Shown: in pieces, positions 1 to 10,900 of the stretch
Numbering within the stretch: the stretch's first letter is position 1
Layout: each line of letters opens with the position of its first letter
Origin: an uncultured virus (IMG/VR IMGVR_UViG_3300032006_000004)
Lineage: Duplodnaviria; Heunggongvirae; Uroviricota; Caudoviricetes
Reading direction: 5' to 3' (one strand)
Length of the DNA: 64,000 bases
Virus record (IMG/VR): IMGVR_UViG_3300032006_000004
Position numbers and translations under genes: made by a program
The notes under the pieces: generated by a model
What the model was told of the DNA's origin: nothing
Seen by the model: the letters and a program-made list of their open reading frames with translations, nothing else
Database searches by the model: none

Positions 1-197
1 GTCAACCAGCCATGACCTTAAAGATAGGTGATGGTACTACGGCTTGGAGTTCGCTGGCTTACGGCGGACTTGTAGGCCCGACTGGACCGACAGGTCCTCA
101 CGGAACTTCCGTCAATAACCTTGACGGGGGCGAAGCGGCAACTAACTATGGAGGCATCGGAGCTACGGCTACTGGTGGAAACGCACAAGGAATATAA
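1..197 (+). CDS. 3' part of Mtd_N/collagen-containing tail protein (truncated by window edge)
   Basis: Identical protein sequence to the C-terminal part of 39185..39487; KIGDG..AW and GPT repeats. Confidence 0.85.
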   Translation, partial: QPAMTLKIGDGTTAWSSLAYGGLVGPTGPTGPHGTSVNNLDGGEAATNYGGIGATATGGNAQGI

Positions 198-225
198 ATG
201 GCTGTACAAATACAACTTCGACGAG
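1..225 (+). repeat. Near-identical direct repeat, copy 1 (partner 39291-39515)
   Basis: gtcaaccagccatgaccttaaag... matches 39291 onward with 2 visible mismatches; similarity continues at a lower level to ~680. Confidence 0.95.
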
Positions 226-677
226 ACACTGCTACCAACTGGAATAGCGCCAACCCGACTCTTGCTCTTGGCGAGTTCGGGTTGGAAACCGACACGATGC
301 TCTACAAGATTGGTGATGGCGTTACTGCGTGGACCTCGTTATCTCATGCGACGTTAGCTGGCACTGACGTATTCACGATTAACGAGCAGACAGGTACCGC
401 TTATACATTGGTTGCTGGGGACGCTGGCAAGCTCATTAAGATAACGAACGCTGCGGCAAACACCTTAACGGTGCCGCCTAACTCTAGTGTCGCTTTCGCT
501 ACTGGGACCACCATAACAGTTGCCCAATACGGTGCAGGTCAAACAACTTTGACTGCTGGCGCTGGTGTAACCATTTATTCGTATGGTGCAGCTTTGGCTC
601 TGTCTGGACAATATGCCCAAGCAGTTTTAACTAAATGTGACACCGATATTTGGATCGCAGCAGGGCTTTTGAGCTAA
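198..677 (+). CDS. Tail fibre protein with major-tropism-determinant N-terminal (Mtd_N-like) domain
   Basis: IQLRRDTA.NW..ANPTLA.GE.GLETDT...KIGDG..AW motif. Confidence 0.8.
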   Translation: MAVQIQLRRDTATNWNSANPTLALGEFGLETDTMLYKIGDGVTAWTSLSHATLAGTDVFTINEQTGTAYTLVAGDAGKLIKITNAAANTLTVPPNSSVAFATGTTITVAQYGAGQTTLTAGAGVTIYSYGAALALSGQYAQAVLTKCDTDIWIAAGLLS

Positions 678-1255
678 TGGCTGGTACAACTACCGCTGCC
701 CGACTTGCCTACGGCTCTATTGTCGCTACTAAATCCCTTGCTCCTGTGGACCGATTCGTACATATTTACTCTGCGTCTATTTCCACTAATAGCAACATAA
801 ATAATATTTCTACTCTGAACAGCGAGATGACTGACCTACTAATTTTTGGGCAGTCATCGAACCAAAGCACTCAGAATGGTTGGGGATACGTTAATTTACG
901 AGATTCGAGTTACGGTGAATACGGTCAAGGAAGAATACGGTATTCAGGCAACAACATTGGGCAGTCCTGGGATAGCGACCAAGGATATACGTTTGCGATG
1001 TACCACAATGGGTATTCAAACTACCCAAATATGTATGTGGCTCATGTAGCGAATGCTTTCAGAAATGATGTGCCAAAACTTTGTAACATGCAGTGGGCAT
1101 CTCAAGTAGGAAACAACAGTTGGATCTGTCATGGGGGAAACAACAGTTTTTGGAACAGCACCAACAAAATAGACAATATTTATATCTACGATAACTACGG
1201 AAGTGGTTCGTCAAGTTATCAGCACTATAGCCTTTACGGGATTATAAGGAAGTAG
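677..1255 (+). CDS. Putative tail/receptor-binding protein (variable cassette gene 1)
   Basis: ATG overlaps previous stop (TAATG); Ser/Asn/Tyr/Gly-rich; tail-fibre context. Confidence 0.6.
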   Translation: MAGTTTAARLAYGSIVATKSLAPVDRFVHIYSASISTNSNINNISTLNSEMTDLLIFGQSSNQSTQNGWGYVNLRDSSYGEYGQGRIRYSGNNIGQSWDSDQGYTFAMYHNGYSNYPNMYVAHVANAFRNDVPKLCNMQWASQVGNNSWICHGGNNSFWNSTNKIDNIYIYDNYGSGSSSYQHYSLYGIIRK

Positions 1256-1257
1256 TT

Positions 1258-1917
1258 ATGGCTGGGTATGTGAAAGAACTGGCTAGGACAACAATAAAGA
1301 ACAACAATGGTCCTAACGCTGTTGAGCTTTCGTGGTCTATCCCAAGTGGGGCAACTTCTATTCAATTTGAAGCAACCTATGGTGTGGGACCTTATAACCA
1401 AGGTGGCCTAAACCAAATGCGTATTAAATGGAATGGGGCGTGGACTGGGGGAAGTAACGCTTCAGCCAAAGATGCTTACCTTATTCAGCAAATAAGAGAA
1501 TATTCAAGTTCTCAATGGTACGGAATGCACAACAACAGGGACCCAAATAGTAACGGTGGTCGTGACGGGTTTGGAATGGAATTTTATTCTGAACCGTCGA
1601 ATTATATTTGGTATGACACAAGTAACTCTAATGAGCCTTGGCCGAATAGAGGGGTTTACGGATATTGTTTAAGTCCAGCTACTACTGACAACATGAAACA
1701 GCTTGTTTGTCAGTCTTGGATGAACTCAACCAGCAACAACAGTAGCGTAGATGCTAGTTACACAAACTCTCAGCAGTTGAGTGCTGGGGTTATAGATCCT
1801 TACGATTACGAGTCAGTGTCCAAGGGAGCGTTTACTAGCATCAGATTCAATGTAGCTGACAGCACAATGCGGTTTTCTAAACACTCTACTTTTGCGGTTC
1901 ACGCATACGGGGCGTAA
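1258..1917 (+). CDS. Putative tail/receptor-binding protein (cassette gene 2)
   Basis: 219 aa; same composition; ends in a 'TF.V.AYG' strand like its neighbours. Confidence 0.6.
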   Translation: MAGYVKELARTTIKNNNGPNAVELSWSIPSGATSIQFEATYGVGPYNQGGLNQMRIKWNGAWTGGSNASAKDAYLIQQIREYSSSQWYGMHNNRDPNSNGGRDGFGMEFYSEPSNYIWYDTSNSNEPWPNRGVYGYCLSPATTDNMKQLVCQSWMNSTSNNSSVDASYTNSQQLSAGVIDPYDYESVSKGAFTSIRFNVADSTMRFSKHSTFAVHAYGA

Positions 1918-1919
1918 CA

Positions 1920-2576
1920 ATGGGGCAACCAGTTAATCAAATATTTTCCACAACAGTAACCGCAGCTACTGGCACCATTATTGTGGCTGGTCTTAACAAT
2001 TCAGGGCAGAGATCTACCTCCAGCGGCCTGGAAGGTTGGGGCATCCGTATGGAGCTTATGATGCCTGCACAATTAACTGCTGGCGGTCTGTTTAGCGAAT
2101 GCTTTTGGCAAGCAGGAGACAATGGCGGATCGTCTTGGCAGACCTCTGGTTACTATTCGAGGTGGTATTACAGGTACGCCCACTCGCAAGCAAATCAGTA
2201 CTGGAATACTTATGACACTAGTAACTCGGGGAGTTACACCTATGGTTCTGGCATTATTGGACGGATAGGTGGTGCCCATACGCCTGTTGGGGACGTTAAT
2301 GACGGCGTGTCGTCGTGGGTTACTGATTGGTGGTGTCCAACTGGAAACCTTCCCCAAATTTATACTTCTTATGGAGCGTATTGTTCTGTTGAGTCTGGGA
2401 CGTATCACACGATGGCTGGGGAAGTTGGATGGTATACGAGCGCAGGGGTAAACACGACGTATATGTATGGTTTCGGAAGTAACGGTGGAAGTTTCAGATT
2501 GCAAACCAGCGGTGGAAGTTTCCCAGTAGGGACAACACTAACTTTGTACGATTATAGAAGAGCTAACGACCAGTAG
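1920..2576 (+). CDS. Putative tail/receptor-binding protein (cassette gene 3)
   Basis: 218 aa; Gly/Ser/Tyr/Trp-rich; ends GTTLTLY. Confidence 0.6.
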   Translation: MGQPVNQIFSTTVTAATGTIIVAGLNNSGQRSTSSGLEGWGIRMELMMPAQLTAGGLFSECFWQAGDNGGSSWQTSGYYSRWYYRYAHSQANQYWNTYDTSNSGSYTYGSGIIGRIGGAHTPVGDVNDGVSSWVTDWWCPTGNLPQIYTSYGAYCSVESGTYHTMAGEVGWYTSAGVNTTYMYGFGSNGGSFRLQTSGGSFPVGTTLTLYDYRRANDQ

Positions 2577-2582
2577 GTAAAT

Positions 2583-2816
2583 ATGTCAGAAGAAATGCGA
2601 CCCACAATTCTCATCATAAATGCAGCCACAGGAGAGGAAACTCTTCGGGATGTAACCGATGAAGAGTGGGAAGAAATGAAAGCTATGGATGCCAAGAATG
2701 CTGAAAGAATAGCTGAAGAAGAGGCTATTGAAGCTCAACGTGAGGCTGATAAAGCTTCTGGTGATGCGAAATTAAAAGCGCTTGGACTTACGGATGCCGA
2801 AATAGCTGCACGATGA
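2583..2816 (+). CDS. Small tail-fibre-associated (assembly chaperone-like) protein
   Basis: N..TGE.T.R..T.EE ... KL.ALGLT.AEI motif; homologue at 41971..42219. Confidence 0.6.
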   Translation: MSEEMRPTILIINAATGEETLRDVTDEEWEEMKAMDAKNAERIAEEEAIEAQREADKASGDAKLKALGLTDAEIAAR

Positions 2817-2968
2817 GCGCAGACGTAGGTATCGAAGAAGTTTTAGATTCTTTAAGTGAGCGTGGGAAGATGGAATGGGAACTCGCTTTGATGCGAGTTC
2901 ACATTGCCAATCTTGAAGCGGCTCAATGTTCGTGTGACTGCGATAAATGTGGGACGCCTGAAGATTAA
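2813..2968 (+). CDS. Conserved 51-aa protein with C-terminal CSCDCDKC (not in ORF track)
   Basis: MSADVGIEEVLDSLSERGKMEWELALMRVHIANLEAAQCSCDCDKCGTPED; ATGA overlap with the upstream stop; near-identical homologue at 42216..42374. Confidence 0.8.
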   Translation: MSADVGIEEVLDSLSERGKMEWELALMRVHIANLEAAQCSCDCDKCGTPED

Positions 2969-2982
2969 TTGTAGGAGTAGTT

Positions 2983-3663
2983 ATGGCGATTATTGAACCA
3001 ACAAAGGGCTACAGTTATCGTCCTCCCTATGCAGGGATGAAGAAGAATCTTGCTCGTGGTCGTGCTTTGAACTTTGCTGAGGCAGAGTATGGTGCGCCAC
3101 GGCCTAGTCGTGTGGCTGGGCGAACGAGTGTTGCCCCTAATTATGCTGATATTGATGCGGCTTCTTTTGGGGCGTTAGCTTCAGGCAACGCCCCTTCTCT
3201 TAATACTAATACTCTTCGTAAGGGTTCCCCCTATGCAGGGGGTGTCATACATGACAGATCATTTGGTGATCCTAGAACCATGATGAACTCCGCTATTCAA
3301 AATGCAATGACGAAGATGCGGTTGGGTGTTCAGCGTTCAGATCTTACTGCTGATACGGCTATGACGTTGGGGGATATTAGTCGTTACGCTGCGAGAGACA
3401 GAGAAGGTCTTATTGACCGTTTGAACGCAAGAAATGTTTTTAACAGTGGAATTAAAGAAAAGACTTTGGGTCGATCTGTAGGGGACGAGGTTCGCTACAA
3501 GGGTCGCACTATGAATCAGGCGCTGAGGGGTTTGAGGGATTTAAGTCTTGCTGGGGATGAAGCAGATTTTAGTGAGTTTCAAACGAACGTGAATTCGATG
3601 TTGTCTGACGCTGACCAAATTAGGGCGAATATGGCGTCCAAGATCAAGGAGTTCAGTGTCTAA
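2983..3663 (+). CDS. Putative internal virion (ejection) protein 1
   Basis: Position before the large ejection gene; 'LNARNVFNSG' matches 'FNRRGMLNSG' in 42387..43490. Confidence 0.5.
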   Translation: MAIIEPTKGYSYRPPYAGMKKNLARGRALNFAEAEYGAPRPSRVAGRTSVAPNYADIDAASFGALASGNAPSLNTNTLRKGSPYAGGVIHDRSFGDPRTMMNSAIQNAMTKMRLGVQRSDLTADTAMTLGDISRYAARDREGLIDRLNARNVFNSGIKEKTLGRSVGDEVRYKGRTMNQALRGLRDLSLAGDEADFSEFQTNVNSMLSDADQIRANMASKIKEFSV

Positions 3664-4922
3664 TGGCTATAGGTAGCGGTAGACCTACTAATAAGATTAT
3701 TCGGGGTAACGAGCAATCTTATTCTCAAAAACCTGGAGATCCTTTAATAGATCTTCCTGATGTATCTGATAAAGATGCTTTAAAATTTGCTCAAAGTCTT
3801 ACTAATCCTTTTTCGGCTCTTTGGAGTTTAGGTGGTTTGATTTCAAAGGGTGGAATTCCTGATGATGCCATAATAGGTGGGCGACACGGGCTTATTTCAG
3901 AGGATTTGCAAAGAGGAAATACTCAACCCCCTTCTGATTACAATTTTAATGAACCTGGAGGTCGTTATACGCCTGAGTGGGGACAGGCAATGATTGACGC
4001 TTATAAGAAAGAGCCTGCTGATTGGGAAACTATTGATGCTGCATCGCTAGGTAAAACAGGCGATGGGATGTCTGCTTTAGACCAGTACTATCAAGCGTTA
4101 GAACAAACAGCTAGAGATAACGCTGCTGCTGCTCAACAGTCGTTGAGAGATTATGCAGATTATGGGATGGCGCAGCTTGACGCTGACGTTTCAGCTTTTG
4201 GTGAGCAGCTTGATGAACAAGAAGCAGCGAAAATAGGGTTGTTGCAGCAGTCTGCGGATCAACGTAAAGAAGATTACACTTTTATGGTTGAGTCTATGGG
4301 TGGCGAAGAAGCTGCTGCTCAAGCTTATTTAGCGGATATGGGTATTAGAGATCCTGCTGCTTTCACGCAAGAACCGTTAAACGAAACGCAAGCTCTTCTT
4401 GGGACAAGTTATCGTTCTGGTGCTGAAGCAGGCTTACAAATTCAAAGTGTTTTGAATTTTGCTGCGGATCAGATTCAGAATATCAACATGAGCAACATGA
4501 CTACTAGTCGTGCGAACATGTTGGTTAATACTGCTTTGCAAGCTCAGTCTATTCAAAAATGGTTGAATGACTCTTTGCTTAGTATCGAGATGAAGAAACT
4601 TGAAGGAAAGATTGAGGACGAAGAGCAAGCGAAACAGATGGAAGCTGTAGCTGGTTACGCAAGAGCTTTGGGTGGTCAATTAGGTTTGAATGCCGATCAA
4701 GTAATCGCTATGGATCAGTTTGATATTTTGGATGATTGGGCTAATGAAATGTGGAAGCCTGATGAGACAAGCCCGATGATGGTAAATCCGTTGACTGGTA
4801 TTGCTGCTCCCAATGATGAAGTGTTGGATCAGCTTAAAGCGTTTAAGTTGTGGCTTGAAGGGCAGGAGCAATACAAGTTAAATGAGGAACTGGGTGCGTT
4901 TATGGATATGACTGGGAAGTGA
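3663..4922 (+). CDS. Putative internal virion (ejection) protein 2
   Basis: 419 aa, Ala/Gln-rich helical composition; podoviral position. Confidence 0.5.
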   Translation: MAIGSGRPTNKIIRGNEQSYSQKPGDPLIDLPDVSDKDALKFAQSLTNPFSALWSLGGLISKGGIPDDAIIGGRHGLISEDLQRGNTQPPSDYNFNEPGGRYTPEWGQAMIDAYKKEPADWETIDAASLGKTGDGMSALDQYYQALEQTARDNAAAAQQSLRDYADYGMAQLDADVSAFGEQLDEQEAAKIGLLQQSADQRKEDYTFMVESMGGEEAAAQAYLADMGIRDPAAFTQEPLNETQALLGTSYRSGAEAGLQIQSVLNFAADQIQNINMSNMTTSRANMLVNTALQAQSIQKWLNDSLLSIEMKKLEGKIEDEEQAKQMEAVAGYARALGGQLGLNADQVIAMDQFDILDDWANEMWKPDETSPMMVNPLTGIAAPNDEVLDQLKAFKLWLEGQEQYKLNEELGAFMDMTGK

Positions 4923-4925
4923 TGT

Positions 4926-7900
4926 ATGGCTCTCCCAGAAAAATTCTCACATAACCAGGATCATCCTCAAGTTTATACTCCTCAACAAGCCAAAAAATAT
5001 CATTACACTCCTCAGATAGCTAAACAACTTACTAGAGATGCCATGTATAAGGATCTCGGTTTAGGTGCTGACACGGAAGTCGCTAAGACTTCCCCTTTGT
5101 TTGATCCAAGACAATTTGCTCTTCCTTCGGCTCCGACGAAGGAAAGCAATCCTGTTTTTGATATCCCAATATTGGGTCCTGCGTTGGACTTGTTGGACAC
5201 TCCGAGGGCTGGAATTGTTTCAGCTATTAAAGAGTTCGGAGATATTTTCGATGATGAAGAAAGTTTTTCTCTGGGGGATTGGTGGGAACAGACTGGTGAC
5301 AACATCTTCATGGGAGAGGTGTTGCGTGATTGGGGAGTTGATCTTCCTGGGCCTTTGGATTTTGCTCTTGGGTTGACGTTAGATATTGCGTTTGATCCTT
5401 TGACGTATTTGTTGCCGTTGGGTGCGTGGGCACGAGTAGCTACGAAACCTCAGATGGTAAAACATTTGAAAGATGCCGCTAACGCAGCAAAATACGGAAA
5501 AGTTAAGGATGCAGCTAAAGCAACAAGAATGGAGGATGCTGCTGCACGAGTAGCTGAACGAGGCATCTTTGCTGCAGGTAAAGATGTCTTAGAAGAACTT
5601 GGATTGCCTACTGCAATAAAGTTCTCAGTTCCTCTTACTGGGCGCATAGGTCAAGGAATATTTGAACGACCACTAAGGAACATTCCTGGGGTTGGTCAAA
5701 GGTATGCTGCTTGGGCAAATGCGAAACGTGTAGGCCAACTTAAACCAATCAACACTGAAGTAGTTGATTTGGTTGATAAAGCTGGTCGTCCTCTTAAAGC
5801 ATTAGATGATGCGGCCATACAGACAAGAGTTCTTAAAGCTGTTAATGAGTTAGACGCAGCTAAACGTGCTGGAACTACAAAACAAGTTGCAGAACGTATT
5901 GTTACTCGTGCTCCCAAAACAGGTGAACAGGTTGTTAGGTCTGCTCGGACAGCCCAAAGAATGCCGATTGAAGCACCGTTTAAGCTTCCTATTGGGTTTG
6001 GTGTTTTAGCTGTTGTTGCTGGGCTTCCTGGCAAGGCTATGGGGCAAGCCCAAAAATCGAAAATGGTAAACACCCTTAGCGAAGGTTTGTCTACTCGTTT
6101 TCATTTGAATCAAATGTATCGCTCTGGTGATATAAACCAGATCGAAAACGCATTGTGGCTAGAAGGCGCAGCTAACCGTGGTCTTATTAAAGACAATGTT
6201 TTTAGAACTAAACACACGCAGGAGCTTGGCAATATAGCTAGGACTGCCCGAGAAGCTGATATCGACTTTGACGATATCTTTCGGGGCGCTAACGAAAAGA
6301 TGGGTAGCGAAGCTGCAGGTCGTGTCAACGTGTTGTTGGGTCCTGTAGCTAAAGGTGGTAGCCAAGAAGTCCAAGACATAGTTGTGCGTTTGCAGAAATG
6401 GTTTGATGAAGTTCTGAGGACGTATAACGAGGCTTTGCCTTGGCAGGATGATCTTCCTGGGCTGTTATCTGAGATGTATGTCACTCGTCAGATCCATGGG
6501 AAAGACCTTGATCTTGTTTACAAGAACGCTAAAAGCGTTCGGGTGCAAGATTTAGAAGGGCTTTCAGGAAGTCCTTTTAAGAACCGTGAACTTGTTTTGC
6601 CTGACGAAATTAAAGCGCAAGCTGCTGATGGTTATGTTCCTGCGGCGGAACAAACAAGGATTGCATCTCAATATGGGATGACTTTTGAAGAAGTCCTTGA
6701 TGCAGGTTTGCCTGTGCAGGTAACAACGACGGATGGAAGAGTCTTACGTTCTCATTTCATGGGAGAAGGTTTTCTTCCTTACGATCAAGGCGGCAGTGTT
6801 CTTACCCAGATGGATACGATAGGTACTCGTAATCTGGGTTCTGATTATCGCAAACTATTTACAGAAGACGCTAATTTGGCTCTAAGTAAATATTTGCAAA
6901 TGATGGGCGAAAACATTCGTGCTCAGTCCATTGTTGGTGATCTGTCTCAAGCTGGGATCATTGTTAAAGCTAACGATGCAGGTTTAGCTTCACGTTATGT
7001 TGGTCGCAAAGTTGCTGCAGATATTCAGGATGCTAAAGGCGCAGTTAAGAAAACGCAGAGAGCAAAACAAAGGATAGAGAAGAGAGTTGCTGCTGCTGCG
7101 AGAGTTATTTCTAAATATGCGGAAGAGCCGATAGATGAGCTTGTTGCTGCTCAACCTAGGAACCGTAAAGGTTCAGGGACGATGCGGCCTCGAACTGCCG
7201 CAGCGGTTGATGAGTTAGCAAACATTGAAGCTCAAATGGTTGACGTTGAGAGTGCGCTTACTGCTTTGATAGAAGGCACTGCAGATAATTTGACTGCAGG
7301 CGCTAGACGCTTGTTGGCTTCTGGAGATCCTGAGCAGATAAGAATTAAAGGACAGTTTGGTCCGAAGCTTCAACGTGCAGTACCTCCTGAGGGGACTGCT
7401 AAAGAACAGCGTGCTCTTAGGAAAGCTCAAATCGCTGAAGAAGATATTGCTAGTGCTACAGAAGAATTAGTTAAAATTCGCGAAGACATTCATCAGCTTA
7501 TGAAAGCACATGGTGAGCTACAAATACGGATGAGCCGAGCAGGTGCTGGGACTAATCAAGAGTTTGTTGCTGAAGTTCAAGCGATGGGAGAATATCTACA
7601 GCTTTACGCTGAAGATATTGAAAGAATCGCTCAAAATTATGTAGCAAATGTTTTAGAGTTATCTGAGAATGTTCAAGCTGCTCGAATATTGAGCGAGCTA
7701 GGGGAAGGATTGTTTGGAGACATTCAAGTCTTTAAACGTAATCCTTCGGTGGCGTTAGAAGACAAGCTTGACGCTGCTAGAAACACTCTTAAGGAAACTG
7801 AAGCAGGTCTTACACCTTTGCAAACTGTTGATGTTCCTCTTGGTGGGGGGTCTGAAACTAAAGCGATTGTGAATGCTTACAAAGAAGCTAATCCTGATTG

Positions 7901-10900
7901 GGCTTCTAGTTCTTCTATGACCATCGTATCTTCTGGTGGTCAAGTGACCCTAAAGAATGTTGGCGAGTTGCAACTTGAACGCTTCCAAAGGTTTGTTGAA
8001 GATTATGTTGCTCAAAGATCTGGGACAGCGGTCCAAAGCGGTAAGCCTTTACAGAAAGCTGCTCAAGAGCCTTCGACATGGAGTGGGGCCAAATCCGCAG
8101 GAGCGGAGAATTGGCCTGCACAGTACGTTGACGACGTTAATGGTTTGATCGCTGAAGAGTTAGCTGCTGGATCAACTGTAAAGTTTTCTACTGGTCCGTC
8201 AAAAGCTGTGGGGGTTACGGGAGGCAGGGTTCGTCCTACTGATGGTGGGTTGACTGAGTTTGGTGGAGAATCATTCACTATCAGTAAGCGTTCTGATGCT
8301 GAGTGGGTTGTGAATGTTGACGGTGACGAGATCCCTATTACGGGACCTCGGGCTTCTGCTACTACGGGAAAGAACAGCGGTGAGCAAGGGCTTGTTGTAT
8401 GGCTTCCTCGTCAGCAGCGTTCTATTTATTTTAATCCAACTCCTAAAGCTGGGACTTACGCTCAGAATGTTAAGAAGGGTTCTAAGCAGCAAGTTACTGC
8501 ATCTCGAAATGTTGGCAAGAAGATTGAAGATGCTTTAGATCAGAGAGCCACAAATATAGAGAAACAAGAACAGCTTATTGCTAAAGAGCAACGACGAGTA
8601 GAAGAACTTAGACAGCAATTTGAAGGAACTATTTCTAGGAATGTGTACGAGCATTATCGTTTAGCCCAATTTGCTGGGTCAGAGGCTGTTAGCCCTGTTC
8701 CTGCAAAGTCGGTAGTTGAACGTGTTGCGGTAAGGATGCCTGCTAGGGAAGTTCCTGCTCCTCCTACTCCTAAGGTTCAAAGAAGAGATCGTCCTGTTAA
8801 TAGTGGCGGTGTTCATCGTTTGGCTGATGGGGCGATAGAAGTTGATGGGCCTAAGGGTTCGAGGGTTCGTTTGACTGGTCAGCAAGCAGAGCAGTATTTA
8901 GCTGATCGTGCTGCAAGGATGACTGCGAGAGGAGAGCCTGCTGCTCAAATGTCTCCTCGCATGGAGCCAGGTGGCGTTGTTGAGCGTGATGTGTTTGCTG
9001 TGAATGCTCATACTGACGAGTTGTGGGTTTATGCTGATTCTGGTGTTCCGACACCTAAAAGCTGGTATTACGGATTGGAAGAACCTCCTGTTGGGAGTGG
9101 GCCTAAAGCTGAAACGACGTTGGGGAATGTGGATCGCCCTTTGTTTCAGGTTCGTCCAACGGACGAGTCTTACAGACTTGCAGATGGAACTGAAATTCGT
9201 GTTTATGAAGCTATTGAAATGCAACCTAAGTCAACGAGCAGGTTTGATCTAGTAGATCAGGTCATAGACGAACCTATGTCAATAGGACTCCCAGGAGGCG
9301 GCTCTATTCCAGTTCCTCGCCCCGATGTGCCTGTCTACAAGAGGGCGAGGTCTGCTGATCGTCAGTTCCGTTCTCGGCAAGCTAAGAACGGTTGGGTTTA
9401 CTTAGACGACTTTGATGCTGTCGATGCGTTGGAAGCAGGAACCTATGTTCCTCCTTCCCCGAAAATGCCGAAGCGTACTACTGCTGGTGAACAGAAAGTA
9501 ATAGAACAAATATTTTCTTCTGAGCCTTATAGGGAGTGGATCAAGTTGGCTCAGGAAGTTCGTAGGCTTCAAACAGATTTGTTTGAGGCAGAGAAGTTCT
9601 TGTTGAGCAATATGAATGCTCCTCAAGCTGTGATTGAAAATGCTACTCAAAGAAGCGTTCAAGCTGTTGAACAAATTCTTGATGCAAGAATTACAGCTTT
9701 AGAGGATCAGATTCGTGCTGGGGTTAAGGGTAAGGCTGGGGCTGTTAAGAACAGAGAGACTGTACGTCAGCTTCAAGCTCGGAAAGAATATTTGGAAGAA
9801 CAGAAAGTTAAGGTTCTTCAAGAGGTAGATAATATTCGTGAGTGGTTGGCTGAAGTTGTTCCTGAGCTACGGGATGCTTTGCAAACTACGAAGATTGATG
9901 AGGCGCAGCTAGCTGTTGTTGAGGCTGGCATTGCTTGGCAGCAACAATATATTCGTAATTTGTCTCTAGATCTTCAAAGAACTTTGGATGATGTGCAAGC
10001 TGGCACTGTTAAGCGGATGGACGCTGCACTCAATCAAAAAGAAGCATTAAAAGTATTACGGAATGCTAGAGAACGAGCCAATCTTTCTGCAGCTTATGAA
10101 GAATATGTTGAAGATTATTTAATTACTGGTTCTACTTTAGGTAAGAGTTCTGAGAGATCTAGTCGAACTCGTCAGCACTTAAAGGGCTATCAGCTTGTAG
10201 GGGCTACTGATGAAACAGTAGAGCTATTTGAAGCTGCGTTTGAGTCGATGGCTAGATTGCGTGATCCTATTCGTACTAAAGAATTTATGACTAAGTACGA
10301 CAAAGTAATTAACTATTGGAAAGCTCAAGCTGTCGCAACTCCAGGTTTCGTTTTCCGTAACCTTCTTGGTGGTACTTGGATCAATAACCAAATTGCTGGT
10401 GTGCCTGTGAGCTATCAACTTCGCATAGACATTATGCGAAGGAAAGCTTTGAAAGTTGCTGCTGAAGATGGACGGCAAGGCGATGTGGCTTACGGAGCGA
10501 GGAAAATAGCTGCGGAAGGCAAGTCAACTAAAGCTGGGTATGGCTTAATGAATGTTGAGCCTGCCGAGTGGGATGTCATGGCTGACTGGGCAGAAACTGG
10601 TATGGGTAATACTGGTATCACTTCGATGGAAGTCAACTCAGCTATTAACGACATGGGAATGAGTTGGCGAGAAGCAGGAACAATTAACCCAGTCAGTAGA
10701 GATTTCTATTTGTTTGCGGCTATTGGTCGTCTTAACCAGCGAGCAGAGTTCACACTTCGTGGTTCTCTCGCTCATCACGTAATGATGAATGGTGGCAGCA
10801 GAGAAGAAGCTCTAAACGCTGTATACAAATATCATTTCGATTACGGCAACCTCACTGCCTTAGACCAAAAAATTAAAAGAGTTATCCCATTCTGGACATG

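Noticed and set aside
198..2576. Diversity-generating retroelement suggested by Mtd_N domains
   Set aside because: No reverse transcriptase and no TR/VR pair with adenine-specific mismatches; Mtd_N is only a structural N-terminal domain
5012..10478. Many short antisense or alternative-frame ORFs inside the large ejection gene (also at 45014-50449)
   Set aside because: Shadow ORFs with no RBS, no motifs and no A/B conservation
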